A DNA stretch of 64,000 nt from Cycas panzhihuaensis (lineage: Eukaryota > Plantae > Cycadophyta). A model generated the notes under the pieces. The model had not been told where the DNA came from. It did not search any database and saw only the letters and a program-made list of their open reading frames with translations. Every line of letters begins with the position of its first letter. Position 1 is the first letter of the stretch. The stretch is taken from positions 124,069,741 to 124,133,740 of the forward strand of contig CM041465.1 in the NCBI GenBank assembly GCA_023213395.1, given 5' to 3'. Positions 13,236 through 27,602 of the stretch are shown in pieces. A program made the translations under genes and the position numbers.

Positions 13236-16033
13236 TTAGCCACCTATACAATCAATTGTAGCACTTATTAGTTGTTGCTTTATATTTCCTTCATCTCCCA
13301 TTTGATTTTGGCCACAATGCCTTTTGTTGCAGCCTCTGCCTTGAACTCTACATTCTGTATGGTCTCGCACAAGGTGGTCATTTAAAATAGTGAAGGCTAG
13401 TAGTGCATTGGTGATAAGTATGAGCTTGTATAAAGCCAATGCAAAATGAAGGAAACCCATGTGGAACATATAAGAGATGCACAAAGCATTTGAGGCTACT
13501 TCATAATCTTTGTAGCTTATGAAAGGCCACATTTAAAGCATTCTAAAAAGTGTGAAGCCTGTAGAGACTCGTAAAGAACTAACAAATCTATATTTACCAT
13601 TTCGAAACAACAAGAAAGGTGTAAGCTACACTAAAGCTAGTGAAGTGTTATAGTGTTCTAGTGAGTGATGTTTCAAAAAGTTTGAAGGCCATTTAAGGTG
13701 AATAAGAGCCAATTGAAGCCCTTTTAAGCCATGTTGGTGAATGTAAAGGTCATGGAAGAGCAGATAAAGGCAATACAAAGCTTCAGGAATGCATTTGAAG
13801 GGTGTTCAAGCTGTCAAAATTGGTGTTTTAATGAGATAATTATGAAAATAATCAAATCTAAGAAGAGTAAGATGTTGAAAAGAGATTATTTCTAAGTCAT
13901 TTAGTAGAATTGCGACCATGGAGAAGTTCCTACAAGTAATCTTTAATAAAAACAACTTCCATGAATGGAAAGCAAGTATGGAGATCACTCTGATGGTAAA
14001 TTAATTGTGGTAAATCACTAAAGATGAGTTGAGTATATTGCCTATAGATGAAAATGAGAGAGATCACCTTGAAGAAAAATAATTTACAGCTATTGGCTTA
14101 TTGAAACTATCGTTGGCTCTAAATTAAAGAGCCCTTTGTTCATAACTTGGATACACTAAACAAAATTTAGATGAAAATATGCAACTTTTTTAAGAAGAAG
14201 TGAATAAATCACAAGGTTACTTTGATGATGGAGTTGTTAAATGCTAATGTTGAAGACAAAAGCAATATTAGCATCTACTTAAACAAAATAACAAATTTGA
14301 ATAAGAAATTGGAAGAGATAAAGGATAAGTCAGTTAATAAAAAGTTGTTTCCAATCATTATGTTAAAATTGCCGACCTCATTTGGGACATTTTAGACAGT
14401 TCATGTGAAAGATGGTGTGATGGAAGAAATGACCTTTGATGAGTTGAAAACTCTCATCCTGGCTAAAGATACCAAGTTAAATCATCATGGCATTCTCAGG
14501 AATTTTGAATTAAATCATGCCTCAGCTATAGGAAAGGAGGTGCAAAGACAAAGAAAAGTGTGTAGAAATCCAAAAAAAATTAAGACAAGAAGAATAATTT
14601 CTCTGAAAAACTTAACTACTACAAGAAGGTTGGCCATATGGAGAAAAAATGTTGGTTCAATGGAAAAGATATGTAGAAGGCAACACAAGATGATGACAAT
14701 GAGAAAGTTAAAGTTTATAGCACTCAAGTCTTGACCTCTAGTGATGCTAGCATAGTGCCTACTAATAAAATCAGGAAGATTAGCCTTATAAAGATGTTTG
14801 TCAAAAAATAAATGTAATTTAGAGAAGTGTGAAATAGGTATGGATGTTGTATTTGGTGCGAGAACCTTAAAGAAGCTAATCATAGAGGTCGCATCTATAC
14901 GTTTTAAAGCAAGGCACCATATTTACCCATTCAAAACATGTAATTTTTTTTCAATGAAATGAAGGTAATTTAGAAAGGTTTAATTGTCATCTAAAACCAT
15001 TAAAAGATACAATGATGCATGTATAGGCCAAGTTGAAGCTTGTGATCCTTCAGAAGCTACATGTAAAGCATTTGGTTAGCGAAGTTGCATGTGGACCATG
15101 TAAGCACTGAGGAAATGTTGAAGCCACAATGAGATTTGTGAAATCTCTAAGAGCCACTCAACTAAATATATATTGAACTAAAGATTTGGTGAAATTGTGT
15201 TGAAGTGTATGAAGCGAGGTACTCCATATATGCTTGTTCAAACATATATTCACTCATCAAGCAAAGAAATTGCGTTGTAATGAAGATTGTTATAGACGTT
15301 CAAACTGTATTAAAGATATGTTGTGGCATAAGAGGTTTCATGGGAGCATCTAGAAGCCATGGAAGGTTATATTGAAAGTATATGAAGCTCCATGTTATTT
15401 CTTGGACTATATGGGAGGCCATTTACTGCATATTGTCTGTGTACGAAGCGTGTGTAACAAAAAGAAAGCCATTTGAAAAGATAGAAACTAATGCAGAACC
15501 AATATAGAATGGGTTCAATGCAAAAGGATCCATTGAAGAGAGGAAATTGATCCTATTCTAAGATGTAGAGACCTTTTGAGGCTAACTTTACATCAAGTTA
15601 ATGACTTATATGGTTTAACTAGGAGATATAAAAAAGACATAAGTATCGAGGAGTCATGAAACATGACGAAGAGCCATAACACATGACAAAATTGTAGCCA
15701 TTAGTTGGATGTATCACTTGGGGCATTATAAATATAAACCCCATATTGATTGTTGAATATTAAATAGAAATCAATAAATATGAATCAATGTATTAGTGTA
15801 CCAAGGTGCATCAAACCTTAACAAGCCTGACCACTAGGTCAAATGATCCTAACAAGTCATAAGACCAAGCAATGTTTTTAATATAATAAAACTATCATGT
15901 ACTCGATTGTGGGTTTTCTCCCATAAGAGTTTTCTACGTAAATACCTTTATATTATTCTTTGAATTCTTGATGTGTATAATCAAGATCCTGTCGATGTAT
16001 ATTTATGTTTCTTCATAGTATCCACAATCAACA
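13236..16033 (+). mobile_element. Gag-only copia-derived element related to B (boundaries approximate)
   Basis: Gag remnant 13918-14734 (VIFNKNNFHEWKASME) is homologous to B gag; no pol follows. A purine tract at ~15535-15546 precedes an LTR-like region sharing B-LTR motifs (GTGGGTTTT…ACGTAAAT…AAGATCCTG) and ending TCAACA. Confidence 0.6.
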
Positions 16034-17399
16034 AGTCTTGATCACCCAACTCCATTTATCATCATGAACACTTTACTTTCCATGTTGCATTTCTATTTCA
16101 ATCATGAATCATTCCAAATATTAAGGGTTCTAAAATATAAACTCTAATTAAAGATTTTTCATATTATTTATATAAGGCTTCTTAAATGAATAAAATTTCT
16201 TACTTTATACATTTCTATGGTCATTTCTCTTATTCTTTTTCTTTTTCCCTTTCTATATAATCCATTGCAATTTTAGTAGCAATAATATAGCCATATATTC
16301 ATCCTTATAAAAGATGTGAAAGCATCTCAAAGATATTTGTAATAATTTTTTTTAGTGGTAAGGTGATTTACTTCTCATCTTATTTATAAAAAGATTAATC
16401 TCTATTTTATATTAGGCTCACCACATGTTTTTATAAAATCATGTAGATAAGGGCTAGTTGCCATTAAGCATTAGGTTTATTTAGAAAATATATACTACAA
16501 ATATATCCATGTATTTCTTAGAAAACTCCAAGTGGCATTACAACACAAAAACTACTAACTAAATCAGACTATATTATTATAAGATTGAATATTAAAACCC
16601 ATATATTATATATATTTGTAAGTTAAAATGTTTCTTTATTATGTTGTACAAACAATTGTTGTAATAGGTTTGACCCTGTTACATCTCCACTATTAAAAAA
16701 TAGAGCATGAAAGCCCAAAAATGATAGAGGTGGATGAAGTGGAAGATGGAGATGAAGTGCACCAAAGACAAATGAAGACACATTGTAGTGAGCTCTAAGA
16801 ACATTTTTTTCATTAACATAACATAGCCTCAACAACACATAGAGTGTGATATTGATAGTAAAAGCCTCACATTCTCCTCATAATATTATATCCGCCTACC
16901 TTTAAGCTACCTAATTCCTCATTTCTTTACTATTTAATTCCCTTAACATTGAAATTCACTAACTTTGACCCCTAGAAACCTAATACCTTACATGGTGAAG
17001 GATCATCACACACTATCCCGTCTAAGATGCTTTGCTCCCAAAACATCTGTGTACACATCTATATACATGAATAGTTTTGTCCATCACCTGTTGCTGCTAA
17101 AATATTATAAGTAGATACTTTATCATTTTTCCATAATATAACAATTCCTATTGCACTTGTTATTAGATGAGAATAATGCTCCATGTATATTCTTTCTACT
17201 AAATGGGAGCATGTACCAAATGAATGTGACCCATTTTGATGGTTATCATGATCCGACAAATGTGGGCCCATGGTGTAGTAATGTAGGGATCCACAAAAAT
17301 AAGGACCCAAATATTCTTACAAGCTTAATGTTAATTCCACACCACCATGAGAGAGTAGGTGGTGATCCTTATCATTTGAAAGTTTACCCTATATAATAG

Positions 17400-20300
17400 G
17401 TAAGATAGTGACTTCTTCCAAAAGAATTGATTAAGGCTTCATCACACTATCTTATGGAGAAGATGTAGGAGAGGTAGAGTCTTCAATATGCTTTGGTTTA
17501 TTCTTCATAACTTCTTTAGTTAAGTGATTGTGGACCTCCAAAACCTCTTCTTGAGATATTTATTTATTCCTAGTGAAAGAAAATAAATCTCGCGAAGCTC
17601 TTGAATATCAGCCTTTATGGATTTTACAATTTCAATTATGTCTGCTACAATATGAGGGCTCATTGTGTAAGCTTCTATTTCCTTTTGAAGCTCTATCTCG
17701 AAATATGCCCAATCCAGTTCTGGTTGTGAGTCATATCAGTCCCAAGACTTTCTACGAAGGTTCTCTTCCAAGTATACCATAGCAAACATAATTTTTTCAT
17801 AATCATCCTTGAAGTAATATTCTTTAAAGACTTACTTAAAAGTGTCAACCCAATCACAGTCGAATATGACCATTCATCCTAAAGTAGGGAGCTTAAAATT
17901 ATTATCATAAGGGACAAAAAATTATTCAAAGGTAAAATGCTAATCTCCAAGACCCTTGCCCTCAAAGTATGGGACTTGAGATATGTAAAGTTGATGTAAA
18001 TAAAAACAAATATATTTGGTCATGATGTTTTTTTTTTAAGGGGGTGTTTATAATTAGTTAGCCCCTTAATTATAGTGCCTTTTCTATTTTTCTTTTCTTT
18101 CTTTAGTGCAATTATAAAAGCTTAATTTTAAGTTTTAATATCTAGAATAACATAGCTCCAAAATGCACAAAATATAGTTCAAAATAACAAGCTTTGAATT
18201 ACAATTCCAATGATTCAGAGAAAATTGAATTCTAATACCCATATCAAAAGTTTTACCTATTTTAAATAGGTTTACTCCTAAGGTTTTTAGGAATTGCAGT
18301 AGCACCTTCTGATAAAATATTACTTTTTTCTCAAATCCCCAATGGATATGAAACCGTTTCCAATAGAAAATAGACTTGAAAATGCATATTAGTTCCTAAG
18401 GTATCGTCGAACAATAGACCAAGATTAAATCTATTATAATTTTCACAATTTCACCTCAAAATCTATAGTGTAACCACTCAAAATTTATAAAATAGGTCTT
18501 TTCATCTCAAATTTGTTATTATTTTTTAAAAATTTTAGCATTTATACTACAAAAATATACTTATTTGATAAACTAAACCCTGGTTTTGCCTTCAAAACCT
18601 GCATTTTTCATTTTCTTATTTTTATTAGAAGTTACTCTTTTTAGTAACGACTCATTATCTTTTGATACATGTATAACTTAGGCTAAATGACTTCTTAGCC
18701 ATTCTTCCAAGTTGCACTACTAATACTAATGAAACTTTTCATGTGAGTGTTAACATGTGAATGCCTTAACTCCACAACAATATTATAAAACCATAATATT
18801 CTTTCCATCTTTGGTTTTTAATCTTTAAGGTGGTCATATAATAATTAACAAGATTAATTAATATATACAATTTCAATTAACGAAATGAGTCATTTATAAT
18901 TTCTTACTTCCAAATAGTTCATACAATAGTCATGGCCAAATCAATACTAAACATGGTAAGTAAACAATTATTGTTCTTATACATAATCAAGTAGTTTATC
19001 ACCTTTGAATTTGAGAAATCATTGGTCAAGTATTCAATAATGTTATGATACCAAAATTTACTTGTCAATATACCTTCTCTATTACCATATTCTTCAGCCA
19101 TTCTTATTTAGAGGGATATTTTTCATATTACTTTGAATGGATTGCCTCTTTCTTAGCTCACCTTTACTAATGAAGGTATGCACCAAATCCATCATATTCT
19201 AAACTTTTTCAAAGGAGAGATTTTTTTTATTGTCATCATCATACATCTCTTACCTTGTTCCTTGGTAAGTAGAATATGTAAACTTTAGAGAGGATAAACA
19301 TACCTAATATATGTGCTCTCTTAAATATGGCATCTTTATCATTCATTCTCTGGCATATTAAAATTCTTACATCTGCAATCTCATTCTTTAATAAGGTCAA
19401 TCAAATACATAATTTCAAGAACATAGACACACACACACACGCACACACACACACACACACACACACCTCATTTGTCAAAGTATAACATCGTAATATTCAA
19501 TATTTATAATATCTCCAAGGCTTTCATAATCATAATACTACTAAGTATTTAAAAATTCTGACAAGGTGTATTTATTCATATCCTTCCTATCTCATTTCCA
19601 ATTATTAAAAACTCCTTTAGGGCTTTATTCTCAAATATTTAGTTTCTAAATAAAAATAGTAGAGTCCAGTATGTGTGAATACCAAATATTTGCTAGATTA
19701 ATATGTATCTTTTTATATGCACCATAATGAAATGTTGTTAGAGACTTTTACACATAAGCATGGTTGGATAATCTCCACTGTTTAATATTGATCATGACAT
19801 CTTTCATTTGTCAATTTAAAGTGATAAAATAAAAAATGCATATTATCTTCTCATGATAACTTCATGTTGCTCGTCTTCTAATTATGGGTGCAAGTTGATA
19901 TTGTTTCAACTAGTGCTCCTTTGAGCTTTCACGTAATAATCACTAAGATTTTGATAATATAGAGGATTTGTTTTTGTTTTTTTCCCTTTTCCCCACTATA
20001 ATTTTGGAGGGGTTTCTTTATTTTTTAGTTTTAGTTTTTAAATCCACAAGAAGGGGAGTTGTACGAAGCTTATTATTTTGGCTTTCCCCTTTGATGGATC
20101 TTATCACCCAAAGTTCCTACCATTTCTCTACTTCCCAAGCTCTTATATCATCGTTATGAACTCTATTTACTTTAGTTAGTTCCACAAAGATAATAAACAA
20201 ATGACTACTTATTCTTAGATTAATTCAACTAAATCACACACACTACAATAAAAGAAAATAGTGTTCCTTATTGAAGTTGCACGAATGAGAAAAATGTAGA

Positions 20301-23219
20301 TGTGGTCACTTGAAGCCACTGTCAAGAATCTCCATGCATATTGCTCTCAACAAACACGTTACTAGAACTAGTGGCCACCCTCTCATGTTACCACACCACC
20401 TCTGCAATGCTTGAATCCATCAAGTAGCATATTTCATTGGGTGAACATTTAAATAGTGCCAATGTCATTTTTGAACACATGAATGACTCACATGATCTAG
20501 GCCTCCTTGGATTAATCTCATAAAAAAGAGTAGTCTTTGAGTTTTCTAACTCATTTTGGAAGTATAAGCCATATGCATTAACTAGGGAGTGCAAATGAGG
20601 AATAGGAGGCAAAGCTCGCTGCCTCATAGATAACCAACTACCTCATGGATAATCGATTATCACTTACGGCGCATGGTCCATATTCTAAGCCCTTGGGTGC
20701 CTTCTATGGAATGTAATCCATTGGATCCCCCCAGTGGATCCAGTCCATTAGATCCAACACATCAAAGCCCTCATGGTCAACATAAGACACACCTTGCTCT
20801 CTTGTGGCCTTGCCATAAAACCCTAGAGAGAATCAAGGAGAATAATCACACAGGCATCAAAGGAACCCACCTTTATGGTATATCCATGGATGCCTTGCTT
20901 GTCTTTCTAGCCTTTACAATTTTCAATTCATAACCACAGATTTATTCACCAAATTTACATTCTCATATTTACATGATTTAAAACACATCATCAATTAACA
21001 TAAAACATTTGCAATAAAATCCACATGTATATATGTCAACAAAATTATCATATGTATTTCTAATTCATTTGGCGATAAAATAAATTGCACATGATGGTTC
21101 GTTCCTTTACACTTGTAACAATAACCCTAATTATCTAGGGTTTACATGGTTTTATCATTTATCATGCCCGCACAGGTGCATCACCATGGATGCTAGAATT
21201 CTAGCCATAAATATCGATTGTTGGTATAAATTCTACCATGGAATTTATATTTTCAACCATAGAAGTTAATCATGGATTATATTCATCCATCTAATTGATT
21301 ATTTAATGACACAAGTTATTTCCACTAAGGGTTTTTGCCACAAAAATTAATATTCATCCACATAGGATTTTTCCATCAAACATTTTATCCATAAAAAGTA
21401 TTATTTTTTTATACGTAAATCAACCACGCAATATTGCAACCACAAAAATTAATTATGGATTAATGTCATCCATCAAATTCATTTATTCACCACATAGGTT
21501 ATTTTTCCACTAAGGATAAAATAAAACCAATAAAAATTGGCCAAAATTTTATTATTTCTACATACAAAAATTAGCCATACTATTAATCAATCATCCAGAT
21601 AAGTATTTATCTCACAAAATTTCAATTTAGGGTTTCTCATTCATAGGTTAGGGTTTTAATTGGCTAACTCAATGTTAGTATAATTTCAGCGATAGAATTA
21701 ATAAATTAGTCACATAATAATTTATTGTAAAGCATGTCAACCATAAAAATTTACTATCAAGCAATTTTAACCGTAAAAATTTAGTCTAGGGCTTTAACAC
21801 TATCTTGATATTTTGTTCTTGCAAGTTTCTATTTTCCAGGAAACCCATGCTAGGTTGTGCTACATTCCCATGGTTATACGGTACAACCATATTATGGCCA
21901 TACGAGTTGCCACACAAGCGACATACAATATTGTCTTAAGATCTATATGGCTAGACTTATGATTGTTTTGCTTGTTCTGCCCCAAACATGGCCAAATGAA
22001 ACTTGAGGCAACCACATAATATTTATTGCAAATACACATCTTATCCCATGGCCATGCAATCTACTATAGGTCTGTATAGCCTATAGTAAGGCCTACAATC
22101 CATTGTAGAGTACAACCTTGACCTCGCATAGAGTTGTATGGTCTACCAGCAGCCATACTGACCCATTTAGCATTGCACAACTATAGATATAGCGAACATC
22201 TCTTTTGAGGCTTTTTGTCTTTTAAACTTATTTAGAAAAATAAATAAATATTTTTTCTAATATTAATTGTAAGTAGCTTATGGGGTATTTATCTCCCACT
22301 CCTTGCATAATTAAAAGCTTGCCTCAACACTATGGCATACTTCTGATCTTGTTGGCTATGGTTTTGTGTGTCCTTTTCTTAACGATACTTGTGCATTCAA
22401 TACACCATTTGTGGTTTCATGGCGCTCTTGGCTTTGTGGCTTCATGGCTCTTGCTCTTATAGCAATCTTCTCATCATCTACCTATCAAGAATTAGAAGAA
22501 TGATAATCTCTTTCTTGTAATCCATATGAATTTATACTAGTGCAGACTTGAGAAGTCTAGGAGCACCGATAAGTACATCTGCGAGGAGTTTATGAGGTAT
22601 GAAAAGTTTGTACAAGCATGTTGGAATGTCTTTGATTTCGATTCCTTCTCCAAGTTTTGTGGCAATTGCAACTACAATCAGGGTAGGTTTGAATTGAGAA
22701 GTGTTGGATGCAGAAAGTATGGACTAGACACCCCAATTGGGTAAGCATAGTTGGTGTAGCATTGTAAAAGAATGAGATCAATAAATACGAGGTTATTGAG
22801 TTTCTTTTATTTATTTTTCTTTATTATTCTTCACACTATTTACTCCCATTAATGGAGTGGAGTAAATAGTCACAGAGAAAGTGCATTGGAGATGACTATC
22901 AACACAATAACATAATGATTCACTTCTATAAGAAATGTGAGAAGATTTTTCCGTAATGCTTGTGCACCTCATCTTATCCCACCTATAGTGAAGTAACTAA
23001 CCTCTCAATTAGAATAGGTGAGAAGGTTTGTTCTCAATAATTGTGCAACACTTGCACCATAAATCTAAACCTTAATTTTAAGACTTCAACATTAGGATTT
23101 CAACCTTTAAGCTTTTAAATTTGCAATTTTAAGGCTTAACCTTAAAGCTTTTAATTTAGAAAACTAACTACTAAATTAATTCAATGGTTAATTTTAGGCC
23201 TCAATTTTGATTCCTAACA
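17400..23219 (-). mobile_element. Highly decayed Ty3/gypsy-type remnant(s) with a probable LTR at ~22570-23219
   Basis: Minus-strand gag-like KIMFAMVYLEE…W…DWAYFEIEL (~17600-17810); RH/INT-junction-like FWYHNIIEYL (18919-19101); protease-like YYDVIL (~19470-19700); LTR-like end …CCTAACA at 23219. Confidence 0.5.
19427..19467. repeat. (AC)n microsatellite
   Basis: Direct observation. Confidence 0.95.
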
Positions 23220-25123
23220 ATGGAAGTCCAATTGGAACTAATGCAAGAAAGCTCTAGCTTTGAAGCAAGATATTGTATTTGGTTCATTGCAATGAGGAAA
23301 GGCTACCAAAGGGAAAAATATTAGGCATCAGCTGGTTCCACCAAACCCCTCTTTTTCTGTATATTTGTCTCTGAAATGAGCCTATGTAATGTGTTCTGTT
23401 CATATTGTTATGCATAAATGGCTTTAGAAGGGAGAGGAGTTGTTCCATAGGGTTGAGATATGAAATAAGATTAATATGGGGATTGTTGGAACTTGGTTGG
23501 GCCTTTAATTATGTAAATTGAGAAAAGCAGGAATTACCCATCACCTGCTTGTAGGTGGCTCTGCTGCAAAGGCCATTAACAGTTTGTATAAGATCATGTT
23601 TGTTTCTCCCTTGTTGGTAATAGAGGTTGTTAATAGTCTCAATTAAATAACTGGTTTCTGATAGGAGATTGTTCTGACCACTGGAAAGCTCCTCTTATGT
23701 ATTCTCTTTCCTGAGAATTTTTACCTTGACATCTCCATAGTAAATTTGGCCTGTTCGTTCAAGATTGTTGAATGTAATTTGGTTTGATACCGCAGCCTGT
23801 GGATGTTGATCCACCATAGTGTAGGATTTACCTTTTGTTGAGAATGGTTGGACACATTCTCAGATATGCATGCCTTCCAATAAGTCGTCACATACAAGTC
23901 CAACCAAGAGAATGAAATCTGCAGATTCCATTCATCACAACAACATGTGCATCGGTCAGTAGCAAATGGCAGCCCTGGGGTCAGGTCAGGTCTGCCCCCT
24001 TAACAAACTCTTTTCACTTTGTACTGCAATACATCTATTGCTAAATCTTCATCCAATGGTAAGAGCTCCCATTCATAACCTATGGTTACAATCAGTTACG
24101 ACTGTCAGCAAGTATGCAGTTGCATCATTACAATAAATTATCATAGCCATATTAATTGCCAATTGTAATCAGTTGGTCACTGATTATCAATTGCAACTAG
24201 TCTGTCAGTCATAGCCAGTCTTCCGACTGAAATCTGTCTGCAGTTTGGTTGCTGCCACTGAATCACTAGTGTAACGATTCTGATCATCTTTATGTGACTG
24301 TCACATCGTTTGTATGTCACTACCAGTATGCTGCTGTGGGATCATTGCATATTGCTACCAACATCAGTATGCTGCTACCAGATCACCTGTGGATTTCTAC
24401 CAAACCACTGTGGAAAGTAACTGATAGTCTGTATGCTGATGCTTGCTTATCATGATTTGCCAACAAGCCCCAAAATGCAGCATACAAATCTTAAGGCCTA
24501 ATGTGTACTTAATGATAAAAGGCTAAAATCCTAGCTTAAACATGCAAGCATAAACCGGATAAGAAAAATGTTAATAAAGCAATTTTGTTGTTTAGTGATT
24601 ATTCATGTTAAACAATTTAGATTTGGTATTTTGCAAAACCTTAATCAAACCATATGCTTTTACATCATGCCACAATATACAAACAACCTCTTGCAACATC
24701 AAGGATTCTGTTACTGGCATAGGAAAAGCCGAGACAAGCCCAAAAGCATCACCCATTATACAATGTGTGATTTAACCTCATCATTATTATGTTTGGATAA
24801 ATACCAAATGGCAACACGTTTTTTGGAATCTCAGTAAGCATTGTTTATTTACCAATGTATACAATATAGGACTAAGAATTATATGGACCCCTGTGTATAT
24901 TATGCAGACCATCTAAAAGAATCCCTACATTACTTGTCTAGAACTGGGTGACTGAATGGTATAAATATTTTTATTCTATCAGCAAATAAGTCAGCATTCT
25001 GTTTGATAGAATGTGGTTTTGCATTAACAAATTGGGAGGAATATCTTCAATTTATGGCTGTTAATATCAGCATCCATAGGAATTTCCTATCAAGCCCTGA
25101 AAAATGATAACACTCATTCTTCC

Positions 25124-25471
25124 TCACGTCGATCCACTTGCCACACCTGAATCAGGCTGTTTTGTCACATCCTGCATCTTCAGCTCTTCTGGTTCGAGAC
25201 AAAAAGCTGAGGAATCTTGTCCAAGCTGGGCCATTTCATTGTCTCCAAAACCATAAGCAAAACCCTTGTTTGTAATGACAATTGTATGATACAAACCAGT
25301 GCTTACCTGACGCACATGATAGCCCTCTAAGGATTCAAGGACTTGGGGGCTTACAACCTTTTCTGACATGCCTTTATCCCAAAGCCCAAGGCTTCCCAAG
25401 CCCATCCATCCAAAAGCAAACATCAACCCCTCATCTGAAACGATAAATGTCTTCCTCTTTCTTGCACAAAC
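25124..25471 (-). CDS. Last coding exon of an RCC1-repeat / UVR8-like protein (resembles the Arabidopsis At3g15430 group)
   Basis: Acceptor tttag| then VCARKRKTFIVSDEGLMFAFGWMGLGSLG…VSTGLYHTIVITNKGFAYGFGDNEMAQLG, ending in stop TGA; typical RCC1 repeat motifs; intact frame. Confidence 0.93.
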   Translation of the reverse strand, partial: VCARKRKTFIVSDEGLMFAFGWMGLGSLGLWDKGMSEKVVSPQVLESLEGYHVRQVSTGLYHTIVITNKGFAYGFGDNEMAQLGQDSSAFCLEPEELKMQDVTKQPDSGVASGST

Positions 25472-25621
25472 CTAAAGATCTCAATTAAAGCACATAATTA
25501 CTTTCTAGAAACAAAACCTGGAATCTACTACATAAAACCTACATGGTACATATAATTTATTTTGAAAAACAAAACTCTAGTCATGCAAAGATGTTCTTAA
25601 TAACTGAACTCACAGACTGAC

Positions 25622-25729
25622 CTGCACGGCTCGATGTTCAATTAAACTAGTCACCAATGCTGGTGTTCTCCTATCAATTTCATCGCCATGTCCCAAGGCT
25701 CCACAATAACCTTTGCCCCAAGTATACAC
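25622..25729 (-). CDS. Penultimate coding exon of the same RCC1-repeat gene (108 nt, phase 0/0)
   Basis: tgtag|[36 protein letters not shown]|gtcag; splices in frame across a 150-bp GT-AG intron (25472-25621). Confidence 0.93.
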
Positions 25730-27320
25730 CTACAATTTGGAACCAAAGCCATGCTATAAGTCTTCTTCAGGCATGCACACAGAAAAGCAACTCCACAATA
25801 AATAACAACAAATAAATTACTTGCAAGTAACCGTCATCAAAATATTCTTTGGGATTTTAGTCAATGAAGGCAAGAAATCTAGGGTTGCATGTGTGTACAT
25901 TATGGGTGGGTCACGCCAAGATGCAAGCAAACTGCAAGAGGCAGGTAAAGATATATTTTATGTCAAGATCAAAAATAGTATGAACAAGCAAAGTGTCTCT
26001 ACCATTGTCTCTAATAGGGAGCTGCAAGACACAGTTTGTCATATGAGTCTCATTATAAGAAAAGTTCTATTAAATGTCCCATGCTGAATGAGCAAAAGTA
26101 AACCAATGTGTTTTCAAAGAGGCTGCATAGAAGTACAATTGATACAGAGAATAATTGCTAGACATCAAGACTAACCTTAAAAAATGTGGATGTTTGTATG
26201 TAGAATAATTGGTTCCAGGACACTTGAAAATAATCAAGGACATTTCTAGGAACAATTATGAATATGATATAGCAAGAAAACAGTGGAAATCTAGTCAAAC
26301 AATGGTTCTGAAACAGTTTTGGTAAGCTTTTGGAATGCAAGGGACAGTTGCAAGTCAAGAAACACACTCTCGACGAACAGTTCTCAATAGACGTCAAAAC
26401 TGTTTTGGAACAGTTTTGAGACGATGGGATAGTTCTAGAACAACAAATGCTCCTCGGCATAGTTCTGTCAGACTCCAAAGAGGCATTTTGTACGGTTGTA
26501 CAAACATGCAAAGAGGCACTTGATTATCATTAATTAAGGCTCTGTGTTATGAAAAATTGAAGGATATGTTGTAAATCATGCTCTTTCAAATTATTGATTA
26601 TGTGCCCTTTCAAATTATTGACTATGTAAAAGAGCATAAATAGGTCACTTCTCTCATTGGTTCAACAGTGAGAGTCGAGTTAATTGATCATGAATCATTC
26701 ACTCTAGTGTGAGAGCCAAGTTAGTGAATTATATGGCATGTTTTCAACAGTGAGAGCCAAACAATTGAGTCTTGTGATTTGTTCTCAAGTGTGAGAGTCA
26801 AACACTAAAAGTGATGTAATGTTCTATGAGCATATTTAGTGCTAATTAATGAAATATATGAGTTACAAAGAAAGTCTTGTGCATTCTATGCGAATGATAA
26901 TTCATTGCTTATGCTGTGATTGATTATGTTGCATATGTCGTGAATGTTACAAAGTTGCTATATATGTTGCAAATAACCTAAGTGCAACCGACATCAAGTA
27001 GTAAAGAGAACATGTGGCAACTATGTTATCAAGCAATTTTGGGACATCGATGGACCGAGTAGTAGTCAACACTAGTTTTGTTGCTAAATTGTTAGAGTAG
27101 AAAAGAGCCTGAGAACTCAAAGGTAGTTAAGAGTGTATGATCAAAGATTAGAAGACCTAGGTCGTTGTCGTGATGCCAGTTTTTAACTAAACCATGGTAG
27201 TCAAGAGACCTTCTAATGCCACCTAAGAAGACTTCAAATAGGGGAACATCAAAGTCAAGTCGTTAGAGGGCAATATATTTGGCGAAAGAAAGAGAACTAA
27301 GGCAGGTGCATAAGAGAGGC

Positions 27321-27382
27321 ACATTGCCGAGAGGAAGGACTAATGAAAATTACATTGCCGAGAGGAAGGACTAATGAAAATT
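27321..27382 (+). repeat. Exact 31-bp tandem duplication in C gag
   Basis: ACATTGCCGAGAGGAAGGACTAATGAAAATT twice. Confidence 0.9.
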
Positions 27383-27602
27383 CCATTAAAATATTAGAAA
27401 GGAGTGGATTAGTAACACCCCAAGTAGCCGTGAGTGAAGTAGGCACTATGATAGAAGAAACTACACCTGACATATCTGACCTACAAGGGTTTCTAACAAG
27501 AAGTGAAGAATTTTATCTAGAGGAAAACCAGAGCAACGATAAAGAAGAGGAAGAATAAGGTCCCAAGGCAAATTTGGAAAACTATTTTACCAAAATACTA
27601 TT

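Noticed and set aside
17059-17310. Possible chromodomain at the end of the minus-strand gypsy remnant
   Set aside because: No YLVKW-type motif could be recovered
23721-23920. Possible extra minus-strand exon (cag| … |gtaaa) downstream of the RCC1 stop
   Set aside because: No recognisable protein similarity; could be a UTR exon but cannot be supported without transcripts
24070-24460. Low-complexity CAGT/ACTG-rich tract considered as a ribozyme or ncRNA
   Set aside because: No hammerhead core (CTGANGA…GAAA with stems) or other recognisable RNA motif found by eye
26660-26805. CRISPR-like spaced repeats
   Set aside because: Repeats are short and degenerate, lie inside a plant LTR, and there are no cas genes
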